Shown: positions 9,300 to 19,974 of the stretch, one piece after another
Numbering within the stretch: position 1 is the stretch's first letter
How the letters are laid out: the number at the start of each line of letters is the position of its first letter
Source: an uncultured Gemmatimonadales bacterium
GTDB lineage: Bacteria > Gemmatimonadota > Gemmatimonadetes > Gemmatimonadales > Gemmatimonadaceae
Assembly (NCBI GenBank): GCA_963793305.1
Contig: CAWBZV010000012.1
Location: 64,001-128,000 of the forward strand
Reading direction: 5' to 3'
Length of the DNA: 64,000 nucleotides
The notes under the pieces: model-generated
Seen by the model: only the letters and a program-made list of their open reading frames with translations
The model's database searches: none
What the model was told of the DNA's origin: nothing
Position numbers and translations under genes: made by a program

Positions 9300-11746
9300 T
9301 GCGAGCGCATCGCGATGATCGGGTCTACGCGCGCCGCTCGACGCGCTGGGAGCCAGGAGGCGATGGCCCCGACGGTGACGAACACGAGACACACCAGCGC
9401 GAGCGTCGGTGGATCCAGCGGCTCGATGCCGAATAGCAGACTGTGGATCGCGCGCGTGAAGAACAGTGCGCCGAGCAGACCCGAACCCACACCGGGCAGG
9501 ATGAGGAGCGCGCCGCGTCTCAACACGAGGGTCATCACATCGTACGGACGCGCGCCGAGCGCGGCTCGAATCCCGAAGTCCCGCGTCTGCTGACTCACTG
9601 CGTATGAGACTACCCCGTACACGCCGAGCGTGGCAAGCAGCAGTGCAATGGCGGCAAAGGCGGCGAGCAACAGGGTGTAGAAGCGTGACTGCGACACCGA
9701 CTCCGCGACGGCCGCATTCATGGTTCCCAGCTCATACGTCGGCACGTAGGGATCGACCGACGCGACCACGCGCCGGATCTGCGGCTCCAGCGCCGAGGGT
9801 GGGAGCGCGGTGCGCAGGAGGAAAGTCGATCCGAGCGGGAAACGGCGGTATGGCAGGTATGTCGCCGGCTCGGGCTTGGCCTTGGGCGACCCGTAATAGG
9901 CATTGCGCACGACACCGACGATCTCTCCATGGGGATGGACGGCGCTGTCTCCCGGCGCGCCGGAGCCGCCGTGCCAGAAGGCGAACGTCAGGTGCTTGCC
10001 GATCGGGTTCTGTCCCGGGAAGTAGCGGTCTGCCAGGGCTTGGTTGATGACCATCACCGGGGCCGCCTCGCGCCGGTTCTCATCGTCCGTAAAGATGCGC
10101 CCGCCGAGCAGCGTCATCCCTATTGTGTTAAAGAATGCGGGGGAGACGGGATGGAGCCGTGACTCTGGCTCCGTGCCCGGCACCGGTGGCGGTGTGCCAT
10201 CGATAGTGAACGACGTCGAAGGGCTAGAATTTTCCGGGTCGAACGGGCGGTTGGCCGCCACGGCCACGCGCTCGACGCCTGGTAGCGCCGCCAGCCCGGC
10301 TTGCACACGATCGGCGAAGTCGTTCACCGGCGCGTCATGATCGTACTTGGGGGTCGCAAGGGCGACATCGAATACCACGAGGTGATCTGCCCGGAAACCC
10401 GGATCCACGTCGATCAACCGTTGGAAGCTGCGGATGAGGAGTCCCGCCGACACCAATAACACGGTGCCCAGCGCGAGCTCCGTCATGACGAGGATGGAAC
10501 GAACGCGGCTGCTTCCGGAGGTCCCGCCACCCCTGCCCGAGCGGAGCAGGTGCGCGAGATCCCAGCTGGAGATATGGAGCGCGGGGACGAGGCCGAAGGT
10601 CAGGCCAGTGGCGACGGCAAGCGCTGCCGAAAACGCGAGCACGCGCATATCGACGCCGACATCCTGCATGCGCGGCAACGGCAGCGCGTTCCCCGCCGCC
10701 AGCAGATGCACGACGAGCACCGCGATCACCGCGCCGAGCACCGCCCCGCTCAGAGCGATGAGCATGCTCTCGGCGAGCGATTCGCCGAGGATCTGTCGCC
10801 GCCCTGCTCCCAGGGCGGAGCGCACCGCCACTTCGGACGCTCGCGAGGCCGCTCGAACGAGCAACAAGTTCGCCACGTTTGCGCAGGCGATCAGCAGCAC
10901 GAATATGACGGCGCCCAGCATGGCCCAGAGCGGAGCCTCGACTTCCCCGACGATCTGCTGCCGCAGCGGGACCGCCGCCACGCCGATTCCCGCTTCGTCC
11001 TTGGGGAATGCCTGAGAGATTCCGCGTGCGATCGTGCTCAGATCGCGCTGTGCACTTCCGAGCGTGATGCCATCGCGTAGGCGAGCGATCGCCGCGGCAG
11101 AATGATTGCCGCGGCCAATGTCGCCGATCTCCCAGGCTTCCCAGACCGCCGGGTACCAGAGCTCGGCGTTGTCGGGGAACGTGAGCCGCGGCGGCGCCAC
11201 GCCAACCACGACGTACGGGTCGCCGTTGAGCGTGACCTGCGTTCCCACAATCCCGGGACTCGCGCCGAAATAGCGCCTCCAGGCGCCATCGGAGAGGACG
11301 AGGACCTTGGTTGCCGTTCTCGCATCTTCTCCAAGCGCGAACGTTCGCCCGAGCTGCGCGTGCGTGCCCAGCACGGAAAAGAACTCGGCGCCCACCCGCG
11401 CCGCGTTGACGCGGAGTGCGGGAGCTCCGGCGCGGAGCAGGTTGAGGCTCTGCCGACTTTCGAATGGAACGACAGTCGTGAAGCTGTGCGTTTGGCTACG
11501 GAAGTCGATCAGATCCTGCGGCGCGATCCCCATCGCCGTTCCCCGCGCATCCGTCCCGTGGAGGTACACGAGTCGGTCCGGTCGCTCGAAGCCCAGTGGC
11601 TTGAGCAGCACGCCGTCGACAAAACTGAACGCCGCGGTGCTGGCGCCGATCGCGAGCGACAGGGTGGCGATCGCGATCAGTGTGAACGCGGGCGTGCGCG
11701 CGAGTCGGCGCGCGGCGTAGCGCAGGTGCTGGATGGCTGCGTCCAT
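9296..11746 (-). CDS. ADOP-type duplicated ABC permease (MacB/FtsX repeats)
   Basis: LRYAARRL, LLIACANVANLLL, GVYGVVSY, PARRAARVDP. Confidence 0.92.
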   Translation of the reverse strand: MDAAIQHLRYAARRLARTPAFTLIAIATLSLAIGASTAAFSFVDGVLLKPLGFERPDRLVYLHGTDARGTAMGIAPQDLIDFRSQTHSFTTVVPFESRQSLNLLRAGAPALRVNAARVGAEFFSVLGTHAQLGRTFALGEDARTATKVLVLSDGAWRRYFGASPGIVGTQVTLNGDPYVVVGVAPPRLTFPDNAELWYPAVWEAWEIGDIGRGNHSAAAIARLRDGITLGSAQRDLSTIARGISQAFPKDEAGIGVAAVPLRQQIVGEVEAPLWAMLGAVIFVLLIACANVANLLLVRAASRASEVAVRSALGAGRRQILGESLAESMLIALSGAVLGAVIAVLVVHLLAAGNALPLPRMQDVGVDMRVLAFSAALAVATGLTFGLVPALHISSWDLAHLLRSGRGGGTSGSSRVRSILVMTELALGTVLLVSAGLLIRSFQRLIDVDPGFRADHLVVFDVALATPKYDHDAPVNDFADRVQAGLAALPGVERVAVAANRPFDPENSSPSTSFTIDGTPPPVPGTEPESRLHPVSPAFFNTIGMTLLGGRIFTDDENRREAAPVMVINQALADRYFPGQNPIGKHLTFAFWHGGSGAPGDSAVHPHGEIVGVVRNAYYGSPKAKPEPATYLPYRRFPLGSTFLLRTALPPSALEPQIRRVVASVDPYVPTYELGTMNAAVAESVSQSRFYTLLLAAFAAIALLLATLGVYGVVSYAVSQQTRDFGIRAALGARPYDVMTLVLRRGALLILPGVGSGLLGALFFTRAIHSLLFGIEPLDPPTLALVCLVFVTVGAIASWLPARRAARVDPIIAMRSQ

Positions 11747-11854
11747 ATGTTCAGATATGACAACGCCTTGGCGGGATAGGTTTGAACCCCGAATGCGACC
11801 CAGTCGTCCCTGTCGGATTGCACGCGGCGGGCGCTGGTTGCTCATTTTCGCGCC

Positions 11855-12791
11855 ATGCACTTGATCGCGGCCCTAACGCTGGCCGTCGGCTTCCGACAGG
11901 TGATGGTCGGACCGATGGCCGTCAATATCTGGTATCCGAGCGACGGTCACACGACTCAGGTACCGGCTGGCTTGTATAGCCAGGCGGTCGTGGTGAACGG
12001 GCCGATTCGCGGACGGGACCTGCCGCTCATCGTCATGTCGCACGGCGTGAGCGGGAGCGGCTTCAGCGACTACAACGTCGCGCTGGCGCTCGCCAATGCC
12101 GGGTATGTCGTCGCTGCGGTGACCCACCCGGGCGACAACTATCAGGACCAGAGCGCCGTCGGCAAGAGCCAGAATCTCATCGACCGCCCGCGCCACATCC
12201 AACGACTCGTCGATTACATGGTGACGCACTGGCCGGTCGACACCAAGCGCCTCGGCGCCTTCGGCTTCTCCCTCGGCGGCTTCACGGCACTGGTGCTGGC
12301 GGGTGGCACGCCGGATCTCAGGCAGAGCGCGCGGCTCTGTCGCGAACGCCCGGACGCACCGGAGTGCGCATTCGTCGCGCAGCGCCACGGCAACCCACTC
12401 GATTCGACCGCGGTGCCGGACTCAGTGTGGGATCACGACGCGCGCATCAAGGCCATCGCGCTCGCGTCACCGGCGGTGCTGGTCATGTTCCGATCCGGCG
12501 GCCTGCGCGACGTGCACGTCCCGGTGCTTCTCTGGCGCGGCACCGCCGACCCAAACGCACCAGACGCGTGGAACGCGGCCGTGCTCCGATCGGGACTGCC
12601 GATCACCACCCGAGGAGCACGTCGTGCCGAACGCCGGCCACTTCGTGTTCACGCCGCTATGCAGCGACGCGACTGCCAAGCAGGTACCGTTTCTCTGCGA
12701 CGATCCACCAGGCGTAGACCGCGCCGCGGTCCTCCGTGAATTCGAGCCGAGCGTGGTCGCGTTCTTCGACGCACATCTCACATCCCATTGA
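11855..12791 (+). CDS. Secreted alpha/beta hydrolase, dienelactone hydrolase-like (frameshift ~12602)
   Basis: PLIVMSHG and GFSLGG nucleophile elbow; VPNAGHFVF lies in the second frame. Confidence 0.85.
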
Positions 12792-12816
12792 CGCGCACGC
12801 CATCGGGCGCGGCGCC

Positions 12817-13007
12817 ATGACGAACGTAGTTGGACCGCGTACGAGGTCGCCAAACGATCGCGCGGTCGTCTTGCGGAGCGTTCGCTCTATCGTTTGGTCG
12901 AACGCCGCGGACAAGTTGAATCCGTGTCCGCAAAGACGTTGGATACGCTCTGTGAGATCCTTGGCATTGGACCCGGCGAGCTTATCGAGGTTCAAAGCGC
13001 CCGGTGA
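12817..13007 (+). CDS. Cro/C1-type (HTH_26-like) regulator with a disrupted start codon
   Basis: Frame 12819..13007 reads DERSWTAYEVAKRSRGRLAERSLYRLV...SAKTLDTLCEILGIGPGELIEV*. The ATG at 12817 is one base out of frame. Confidence 0.65.
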
Positions 13008-13117
13008 GGCAATCACGCTGAGTCTTACCTCGCCTAGCGAGACTCTCTTGCGATCACAGCCGCATGATTGCAAGATCGGACGTGACCACATCGCGGTTTC
13101 AGCTCCGGGACGCGGGC

Positions 13118-13146
13118 TTGGCGCCCGGCCGGATCAACCGTATAAT
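13118..13146 (+). promoter_or_regulatory. Sigma70-type promoter TTGGCG-N17-TATAAT
   Basis: Perfect -10 box with a 17-nt spacer, about 150 nt upstream of the phosphatase gene. Confidence 0.5.
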
Positions 13147-13296
13147 CTGGCACCAACAATTCGCGAATGTGTCTAGGGTTCCGCCAATCATCGCGATTGG
13201 GTCCGTGACCGAGCGACACCAACGGCTCGCGATGAGCCGCACAACTTACGGCATAAAAAGCCTGAGGTCCTTCCTACCCAAACGGTCGGAGCAGCC

Positions 13297-14964
13297 TTGG
13301 CTTTGCCTGAGATCGCCGTACTCGCCGCGTTGTCGCTCATGACAAAAGTGCCGGATCGCACACCGAATCTCATCATCGTGATCTCGGTCGACATGCTGTC
13401 CGGCGAGATCATGGACCGCTACACAGACCATCTCCCGGGAGGATTGGGGCGCATCCTCAGAGAAGGCGCGGTCTTCGAGAATGCTTACCAGGAGCACGCA
13501 TTCACCGAAACGTGCCCTGGTCACTCCACGTTGCTCTCCGGACGACATCCCTCGTCCACCGGAATAGGCACCAATAGCTGGATCGACTCGATCACCGGCA
13601 AGCCGATCTACTGCGTCCAAGACGACCACGTCAGCACCATCGGTGTGCCGCCAGGCACGCCTGGATCGAGTGACGTGCAATTTCGGGGGACCACGTTCGG
13701 TACCTGGCTCAAAGACCAAATCCCGGGCAGCAGAGTCTTTGCGGTAGCGGGCAAGGATCGGTCGGCGATCATGATGGCCGGCCCCAAGACCGATGGCGTG
13801 TACTGGTTCCAGGAAGGATTTGGCTTCACTACGTCGACGGCGTACGCGCCGGCGATCCCACCATGGCTGGTTGCCGTCAATGCGAGGCTCATGCGGCGTC
13901 TGCGCACCGAGACGCTCACCTGGGTGCCCATCGGCCCGTCCGATGGACTCACCTATCCGGGAGAATGGAAAGCCGACATCACGGGCGCGCCGATCGTGAG
14001 TCGCCTCCCACGGCTGATCCAGACGCAGGGATTTCCGGATGCCCCGAAACCCGGCTTCGTGCTCAATGAGACCCAGGACGGCGGCTTCTGGAACCGATAT
14101 CGGGCCTCGCCGTTCTGGGACGATGACATCTTCGATGCCGCCGAAGCCTTGATCTCGCACGAACACCTTGGCGACGGCCCGCATCCCGATCTCCTCTGCC
14201 TCGGACTGTCGGCCACGAACGCGGCCGAACACGCGTTCGGCAACGCCGGACCGGAAATGCAGGATCTCATTCGTCGGCTGGATCGGCGGCTCGGCCTCTT
14301 CCTCGACAGAGCCCAGCACAACGGGAAGCGAGTCGTCGTCGTGCTCAGTGCCGATCACGGCGGTCTGGATTTCGCCGAGCGACTGAGGAGTCAGGGCGTT
14401 CCGGCGCGGCGGGTCGATGTCGACGCTTGGATGAAGGAGCTGCAGGCGCGCGTGCAGCGGGAGCTCGGCACCGACCAGCCACTCGTGCGTGACGGCGACG
14501 AACACATCACCGTCGACCACCAGGTCGCGGCAACCCTCGGTGATGTCCGAGACGTCATCGCCCGGATCACGTCCGTCGTGCGAACGATGCCGGAGGTCGC
14601 CGACGCGGCGTCGCTCGAGGAACTTCGCGCGCTACCCGAACGCCGCTTCGACGATCCGCGTGAGGAGGATCTGCGCTATCGGCTGAAGTTCGCGGCGGCG
14701 CCCGGACGATCCGCCGACATCCTCTTCGCCTTCAATCCGCTCGTCGAGCGAGACGGTCCGCCACGGCACGATCCGGCGCAGCACGGCACTCCCTGGGATT
14801 ATGATCGTCGGGTCCCGATCATCTTCTGGGGACTCTGGAGAGCCGAACGGCGCACCGATCCGGCGAGCACCGTGGATATCGCGCCGACTCTGGCGAGAGC
14901 TCTGGGCATCACGCCAGCACAACATCTCGACGGCGTGCCACTCACCCTCACTCGTCTGCGCTAG
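13297..14964 (+). CDS. Alkaline phosphatase family protein (PafA-like)
   Basis: [34 protein letters not shown]. Confidence 0.9.
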   Translation: MALPEIAVLAALSLMTKVPDRTPNLIIVISVDMLSGEIMDRYTDHLPGGLGRILREGAVFENAYQEHAFTETCPGHSTLLSGRHPSSTGIGTNSWIDSITGKPIYCVQDDHVSTIGVPPGTPGSSDVQFRGTTFGTWLKDQIPGSRVFAVAGKDRSAIMMAGPKTDGVYWFQEGFGFTTSTAYAPAIPPWLVAVNARLMRRLRTETLTWVPIGPSDGLTYPGEWKADITGAPIVSRLPRLIQTQGFPDAPKPGFVLNETQDGGFWNRYRASPFWDDDIFDAAEALISHEHLGDGPHPDLLCLGLSATNAAEHAFGNAGPEMQDLIRRLDRRLGLFLDRAQHNGKRVVVVLSADHGGLDFAERLRSQGVPARRVDVDAWMKELQARVQRELGTDQPLVRDGDEHITVDHQVAATLGDVRDVIARITSVVRTMPEVADAASLEELRALPERRFDDPREEDLRYRLKFAAAPGRSADILFAFNPLVERDGPPRHDPAQHGTPWDYDRRVPIIFWGLWRAERRTDPASTVDIAPTLARALGITPAQHLDGVPLTLTRLR

Positions 14965-15025
14965 GCGGACGACGGTGATGCGTCGCCTGCTCATACGAGT
15001 AAGCGAGTCGAAATAGCCCCCCCTC

Positions 15026-15065
15026 GCTCCACGGCCGGCCAAAGAGCTGGAGGCCGGCCGGGAGC
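15026..15065. terminator. GC-rich stem-loop downstream of the phosphatase gene
   Basis: GCTCC-a-CGGCCGGCC, 11-nt loop, GGCCGGCCG-GGAGC; only a weak T tail. Confidence 0.4.
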
Positions 15066-15597
15066 CTGTTTCCCCGTAGGAACCCCATCGGCACCGTGAT
15101 CGCGGGGAACCCCGTCGCCGGCGAGAAAATCTGGTTATTGTCGCCCGCCGGCGTGTTGAGATCGCCGATGAGCCGCGTTGGGTTGCTCCACGTCGGGTAG
15201 ACAGTGCGTCCAACTTGCGCTCATCCATGAGCCGCGATACCGCGACGCGCAGATGCGCCCGCACGTCTTCGTCGGTCCGACGCCGGCGTCTCCTCTGGGA
15301 CCCGATCGAATTGTTGCGCATCAGCGAGACGCGCCTCGATCGATGGGTGAAATTTGCCGGACTCTGTCGGGATTCGCTGACGGTCACCTGACGGTGATGT
15401 GTAGTAGTCACGCATGGTGTGAACCCGTAAGCGCAGCAACTCATCGGGGCGCGAGCACCATCGACGCGACTCGCCGTAACCGGCGTGGCGAACACGGGGG
15501 CAGTTGCAACGCTCTCAGTCAGACTCTTTATCTTGACCGTCATTCCGAGCGCGGCCCTCATGCTGATCACCTTTAGGGATAGGAAGCGGTAATCAAT

Positions 15598-15744
15598 ATG
15601 GATAGAGACACCATCGAGTTGCTCGTGATCTCCTTCGTGTCCGTGTTCGCCTTCTGCGGCCTCGCGGAGGCCTATTTCTCGTTCCGGCGCCGGTCGTCAT
15701 CCGACGCCGAGGCGGAAACCAGCGAGCGTGAACAAGACCCGTGA
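15598..15744 (+). CDS. 48-aa single-pass membrane protein
   Basis: MDRDTIELLVISFVSVFAFCGLAEAYFSFRRRSSSDAEAETSEREQDP: TM helix followed by RRR; AGGA upstream. Confidence 0.55.
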   Translation: MDRDTIELLVISFVSVFAFCGLAEAYFSFRRRSSSDAEAETSEREQDP

Positions 15745-15769
15745 TCGCTACGGCCAGCTAGCCACGCAA

Positions 15770-16930
15770 TTAGCTGGGTGTCTCGTCGAGCGCCGCGTCA
15801 TAGAGTGCGTCGAGGCGCTCACTCACGGCGCGCGACTCGTGGAGCGCCTGGAATCGCGCCAGTGCGCCGACGCTCCATCGCTCGATCCGTTCGGGGTCCT
15901 CGATGATGGCCGTGAGCTGAGAGACGAGTTGCGCCGCTAGCGCATCGTAGGTCTCCATCAGGAGATCCCAGTAGTCGTTGTCCTGGCGACGGGAGAGGCC
16001 GGTCCACTGGCTCCACTCGTCCGATGGCAGGGCGAGGCGCGCGCCGGCGTCGGTGGGGACGAGTTCCGGCATGGCGCAAATGTCGGACACGAGAGCCGGC
16101 AGTCCGGTGGAGAGCCCTTCGACGACGCTGTAGCCGAACGTGTCGTCGAGCGTCGGCAACAGTTGGACATGCGCGTTGGCCATGGCCGCCAGGACGTCCG
16201 CGTTGGGGCGGCGACCGTGAAACGTTACGGCAGGATCGGCGAGCGCGCGGAGGTCCGCGGCGTAGCGGGGCTCATCGACGTGATCGGCGTAGACACCACG
16301 GCCGATTTTCAGTGCGGAAAAGATCTCGAGGCGTACGGGCAGGCCGAGTGCGGTGGCGCGCGTTATCGCGCGGAGCGCGGCGATCCCGCCCTTTTGCGCG
16401 AAGTGATTGCCGACGAAGATGACGCGGAGCGGTTCGCCCCGATGGTATTGGCGTGTCGTGGCCGGCCGCGCCGGGAAGTGCGGGTAGACGACCGTCACCT
16501 TGCGCAACACCGTGTCCAGCGCCGGCCAGTCGCGATTGGCTTTTGCGAATCGCCGGGTCGCGTACCGCGACATGGCGATCAGCGCGCGACAGTTGGGCCG
16601 CGTCATCCGGTCGCGCAGCATGCTCCCCAGCTGTGCGCCACCGGGCCCGAGGGTCCGCGGGAGCACCGACTCGAAGGTCGTGATCCACGGCTTGGCCGTG
16701 AGTGGGATGGCGTTGAAACTGTGCACGAGGTCGTACCGCGCCCAGCGCGGGTGTGGCCAGGATAGTCCCGCGAGCGGGCGCCACAACTTCTCCAACGCGC
16801 GGCGCGTGACGAAGCGCAGCCGTTGATTCGGTTCAATGATGAGCGTATGGCGGGATGGGTTGGGCGCGTTCGGGCGCACCATGGGGCGCGTGCCAGTCAG
16901 GAAGACCGTGTAACGATGCGGCTGGATCAC
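15770..16930 (-). CDS. Glycosyltransferase family 4
   Basis: FVGNHFAQKGG and DTFGYSVVEGLSTGLPAL. Confidence 0.88.
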   Translation of the reverse strand: MIQPHRYTVFLTGTRPMVRPNAPNPSRHTLIIEPNQRLRFVTRRALEKLWRPLAGLSWPHPRWARYDLVHSFNAIPLTAKPWITTFESVLPRTLGPGGAQLGSMLRDRMTRPNCRALIAMSRYATRRFAKANRDWPALDTVLRKVTVVYPHFPARPATTRQYHRGEPLRVIFVGNHFAQKGGIAALRAITRATALGLPVRLEIFSALKIGRGVYADHVDEPRYAADLRALADPAVTFHGRRPNADVLAAMANAHVQLLPTLDDTFGYSVVEGLSTGLPALVSDICAMPELVPTDAGARLALPSDEWSQWTGLSRRQDNDYWDLLMETYDALAAQLVSQLTAIIEDPERIERWSVGALARFQALHESRAVSERLDALYDAALDETPS

Positions 16931-16950
16931 GATCCGTCAAACTTAGGGCG

Positions 16951-17112
16951 TCACCCTCCCAATCCGTACAGGGAGAGCAGGAAAGCCACCAGGACTAGCC
17001 ACCACAGCAACGGGCACGCCAGTACAACGGCGACGAACCCAGCCCGCGACGCGCGCAGGGCTCGCGCGGACAGCGACACCGAGCCAAGGAAGGGTGCGCC
17101 GCGGCGCGTCAT
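16951..17112 (-). CDS. Possible small membrane protein
   Basis: 53 aa with a long hydrophobic C-terminus. Confidence 0.3.
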   Translation of the reverse strand: MTRRGAPFLGSVSLSARALRASRAGFVAVVLACPLLWWLVLVAFLLSLYGLGG

Positions 17113-17221
17113 CGTCTCCCATGCTCGATAGACGACTCGCGAGGTCCCGTTCGTCACGCCCCAGTCCCGCGCGGCCCTTCGAGTTGGCTCGTTCACCCGG
17201 TCGGCGCTAACGTATGCGCCC

Positions 17222-18943
17222 ATGAATAGAAGAACGTTTCTGAAATACTCGGGCGGCGCATCGCTGGTCGGGCTGTGGCCGCGCAGCCTGGTGGTACCGT
17301 CGCGGATACGCCGCGTGCGCCCGTCGGATCCGGGCTGGCCGTCGCCAGACGCATGGAAGCGCCTCAACGACTCGGTCGACGGCAACCTGATTCGGGTCGA
17401 GTTCCCGATCAACACGACGCTCCCCGCGGATATCAAAAACCCCTATTACATCGGCGACAGTCCTGGCCTGACGCAAACCCTGGGGTGGGTCGACGCGTGG
17501 ACGACGAAGCCCAGCGTGTATGCGGTGGCCGCACGAAACGCACAGGATATCGCGGCCGCGGTGAATTTTGCGCGCGAGCACGACCTGCGCGTGGTCGTCA
17601 AAGGCGGAGGCCACAGTTATCAAGGCACGTCGAATGCACCCGACTCGCTACTGATTTGGACCCGCCACATGCAAGACGTCAGCGTGGCGAATGGAACGGT
17701 CACGGTCGGCTCGGGAACCATCTGGGACCAAGCCTACGACGCGGTCACGACCAAGGGTGGCGCGTACGTGCAAGGCGGCGGTTGCACGACGGTAGGCGTT
17801 GCCGGGTTGATCCAAAGCGGAGGGTTCGGCAGTTTCTCCAAACACTTCGGCATGGCGGCGGGAAGCTTGCTCGAAGCCGAAGTGGTCACCGCTGATGGCC
17901 AGGTTCGTATCGCGAACGCCTCCACCAATCCCGACCTCTTCTGGGCTCTGAAAGGTGGCGGAGGCGGCACATTCGGCGCGGTCAGTCGATTGACCTTGCG
18001 TACACATGATCTTCCCGAGTTCGGCGGCGGCGCCAACTTTACGGTGAAAGCGGCGTCCGACGACGCGTATCGCCGCCTGATCCGGCGGTTTGTTGCGTTC
18101 TACCGGGAAGCGCTTTTCAACGACCATTGGGGCGAACAGGCGCACGTGACGCCGGAGAACACGCTCGAGATCAGCATGGTGCATATCGGGTTGACCACGG
18201 AGCAATCACGAGACATCTGGCAGCCATTTCTCGATTGGGTGCGATCGTCGGGTGGCTACACGATTCCCTCTGAGCCAGAGATCGGCAGCATGCCCCTCCG
18301 GCATTGGTGGGACGTCGATTGGCGCGCCGAGCACCATCACGACGTGTTCAAGAGCGATGCACGCTCCGGAGCGAGTCCGAAGAACGTGTGGTGGAAGGGA
18401 GATGCCGGCCAAGTCGGTTGGGTCGTGTGGGGGCTCGAGTCGCTCTGGCTGCCGGCATCGTTGCTGGACGATGACTCGCAACAGAAATTGGCCGATGCGC
18501 TCTTCGCCGCGTCGCGCCACAGTGAGGTCGAGATGCACTTCAACAAGGGGTTGGCGGGCGCGCCCGCGGACGTCGTCGAAGCGGCGAAAGACACAGCCAT
18601 GAATCCCGCGGTGTGCAATGCATTCGCTCTCGCCATTATCGCTGACGGGCAAGGGGCTGCGTATCCTGGCGTCGTCGGTCACGAGCCCGACCTGGCGCGG
18701 GGGCGGAAAGGCGCCAACAATGTGCATTTGGCGATGAACGAGCTTCGCGCCGTCGCGCCCAACGGTGGAGCCTACGTGTCCGAGAGCAACTTCTTTGAAT
18801 CCGACTTCCAACATGCCTACTGGGGCACCAATCACGCCCGCCTCGCTAAAGTGAAAAAGAGATACGATCCCGACGGACTCTTTTTTGTCCACAACGGAGT
18901 CGGCTCCGAGCAATGGAGCGCCGACGGGTTCACCCAACGCTGA
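17222..18943 (+). CDS. Tat-exported FAD-linked oxidase (berberine-bridge-enzyme type)
   Basis: MNRRTFLK Tat motif, VKGGGHSY, C-terminal YWGTNHARLAKVKKRYDPDGLF. Confidence 0.92.
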   Translation: MNRRTFLKYSGGASLVGLWPRSLVVPSRIRRVRPSDPGWPSPDAWKRLNDSVDGNLIRVEFPINTTLPADIKNPYYIGDSPGLTQTLGWVDAWTTKPSVYAVAARNAQDIAAAVNFAREHDLRVVVKGGGHSYQGTSNAPDSLLIWTRHMQDVSVANGTVTVGSGTIWDQAYDAVTTKGGAYVQGGGCTTVGVAGLIQSGGFGSFSKHFGMAAGSLLEAEVVTADGQVRIANASTNPDLFWALKGGGGGTFGAVSRLTLRTHDLPEFGGGANFTVKAASDDAYRRLIRRFVAFYREALFNDHWGEQAHVTPENTLEISMVHIGLTTEQSRDIWQPFLDWVRSSGGYTIPSEPEIGSMPLRHWWDVDWRAEHHHDVFKSDARSGASPKNVWWKGDAGQVGWVVWGLESLWLPASLLDDDSQQKLADALFAASRHSEVEMHFNKGLAGAPADVVEAAKDTAMNPAVCNAFALAIIADGQGAAYPGVVGHEPDLARGRKGANNVHLAMNELRAVAPNGGAYVSESNFFESDFQHAYWGTNHARLAKVKKRYDPDGLFFVHNGVGSEQWSADGFTQR

Positions 18944-18948
18944 CTGAG

Positions 18949-19598
18949 ATGCGCCACTGGCTCCCGGCGATTGTCTGGGGCGTCTTAGGCGCGGCGACCG
19001 GTCGTGCCCAAAGCGCTGTTGGCGCGATCGAGGGCGTCGTGCGCGACAGGGCCGGGCCGATCAGCGAAGTCTGGGTCGGGATCAGGGGGACCGTGCTTCG
19101 CACGACGACGGATACATTGGGGCGCTATCGCATTGAGGGCGTGTCGCCCGGCCTCGTGACGCTCGTCGCGTTGCGGCGCTCGAGTTCGCACCTGCCGGAG
19201 TGGGGCTCATTCGGGATCGCGCGACATGGGATGCCGTGACGCGCCGGTTCCGCAAAAGGCACGGGGTCGTGCCGCGCGATTCCGCCCGCATCGACTGGAA
19301 TCGCGAGATGGTGTTGCTCTTGAGCTATGGCCCCGGGCCGGCGGAGTTCGAAGAGCACTGGGGCTTCAATCGCGCCGAGCTGCGCGACGGTGAGCTCGTC
19401 ATTACGCTCGGACCGGATAGCCTGGTCGGAAAACGGAACGTCTTCATCGATGGGACCATGTTCCCGGACGCGATCGCTCTGCCGCAATCCGATGTGACGG
19501 TGCGCTATGACAAGCGCGTCGAGGACGGTTGGATACCACCGGCCGTCGACTGGCGGGCCGTCGCCGACACAACGCCACGAAGCCGAGGCTTCCCCTGA
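18949..19598 (+). CDS. Secreted protein with a carboxypeptidase-regulatory-like domain (frameshift ~19190)
   Basis: Signal peptide and GAIEGVVRD...TTTDTLGRYRIEGVSPG; the second frame reads IDWNREMVL. Confidence 0.55.
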
Positions 19599-19608
19599 TC
19601 CCACACAG

Positions 19609-19974
19609 CTACCGCTTCTTCTTGCTCGCGAGATTGAAGGCCACGGCCTCTTTAATGAGCTTCTTCAGGGCGGACCCATTGATCTCGTCATCCTGGTGGA
19701 TGTCGATGGCGCGCCTGACGTTCCCCTCGAGACTCGAGTTGAAGAGCTTCGAGGGATCCTCGAGTGAAGCCCCTTTGGCGAACGTCAGCTTGACCGCGCT
19801 CTTGTAGGTCTCACCCGTGCAGATGATCCCGCCATGAGACCAGGTGGGCGTTCCGCCCCACTTCTTCTCTTCGACGGCCTCGGGATCTGCCTCTTTGATG
19901 AGTTGGCGCACCTTGGCGAGCGTCCGCTCACGCCAGTCCCCCAACTCCTCGATGCGCTTATCAACGCTCATCAT
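19609..19974 (-). CDS. DUF1801-domain protein
   Basis: GIICTGETYKSAVKLTFAKGASLEDPSKLFNSSLEGNVRRAID. Confidence 0.92.
   Translation of the reverse strand: MMSVDKRIEELGDWRERTLAKVRQLIKEADPEAVEEKKWGGTPTWSHGGIICTGETYKSAVKLTFAKGASLEDPSKLFNSSLEGNVRRAIDIHQDDEINGSALKKLIKEAVAFNLASKKKR

Noticed and set aside
15067..15113. CRISPR I-E-like repeat (TTCCCCG...CGGGGAAC)
   Set aside because: Single occurrence with the wrong spacing, no spacers and no cas genes.
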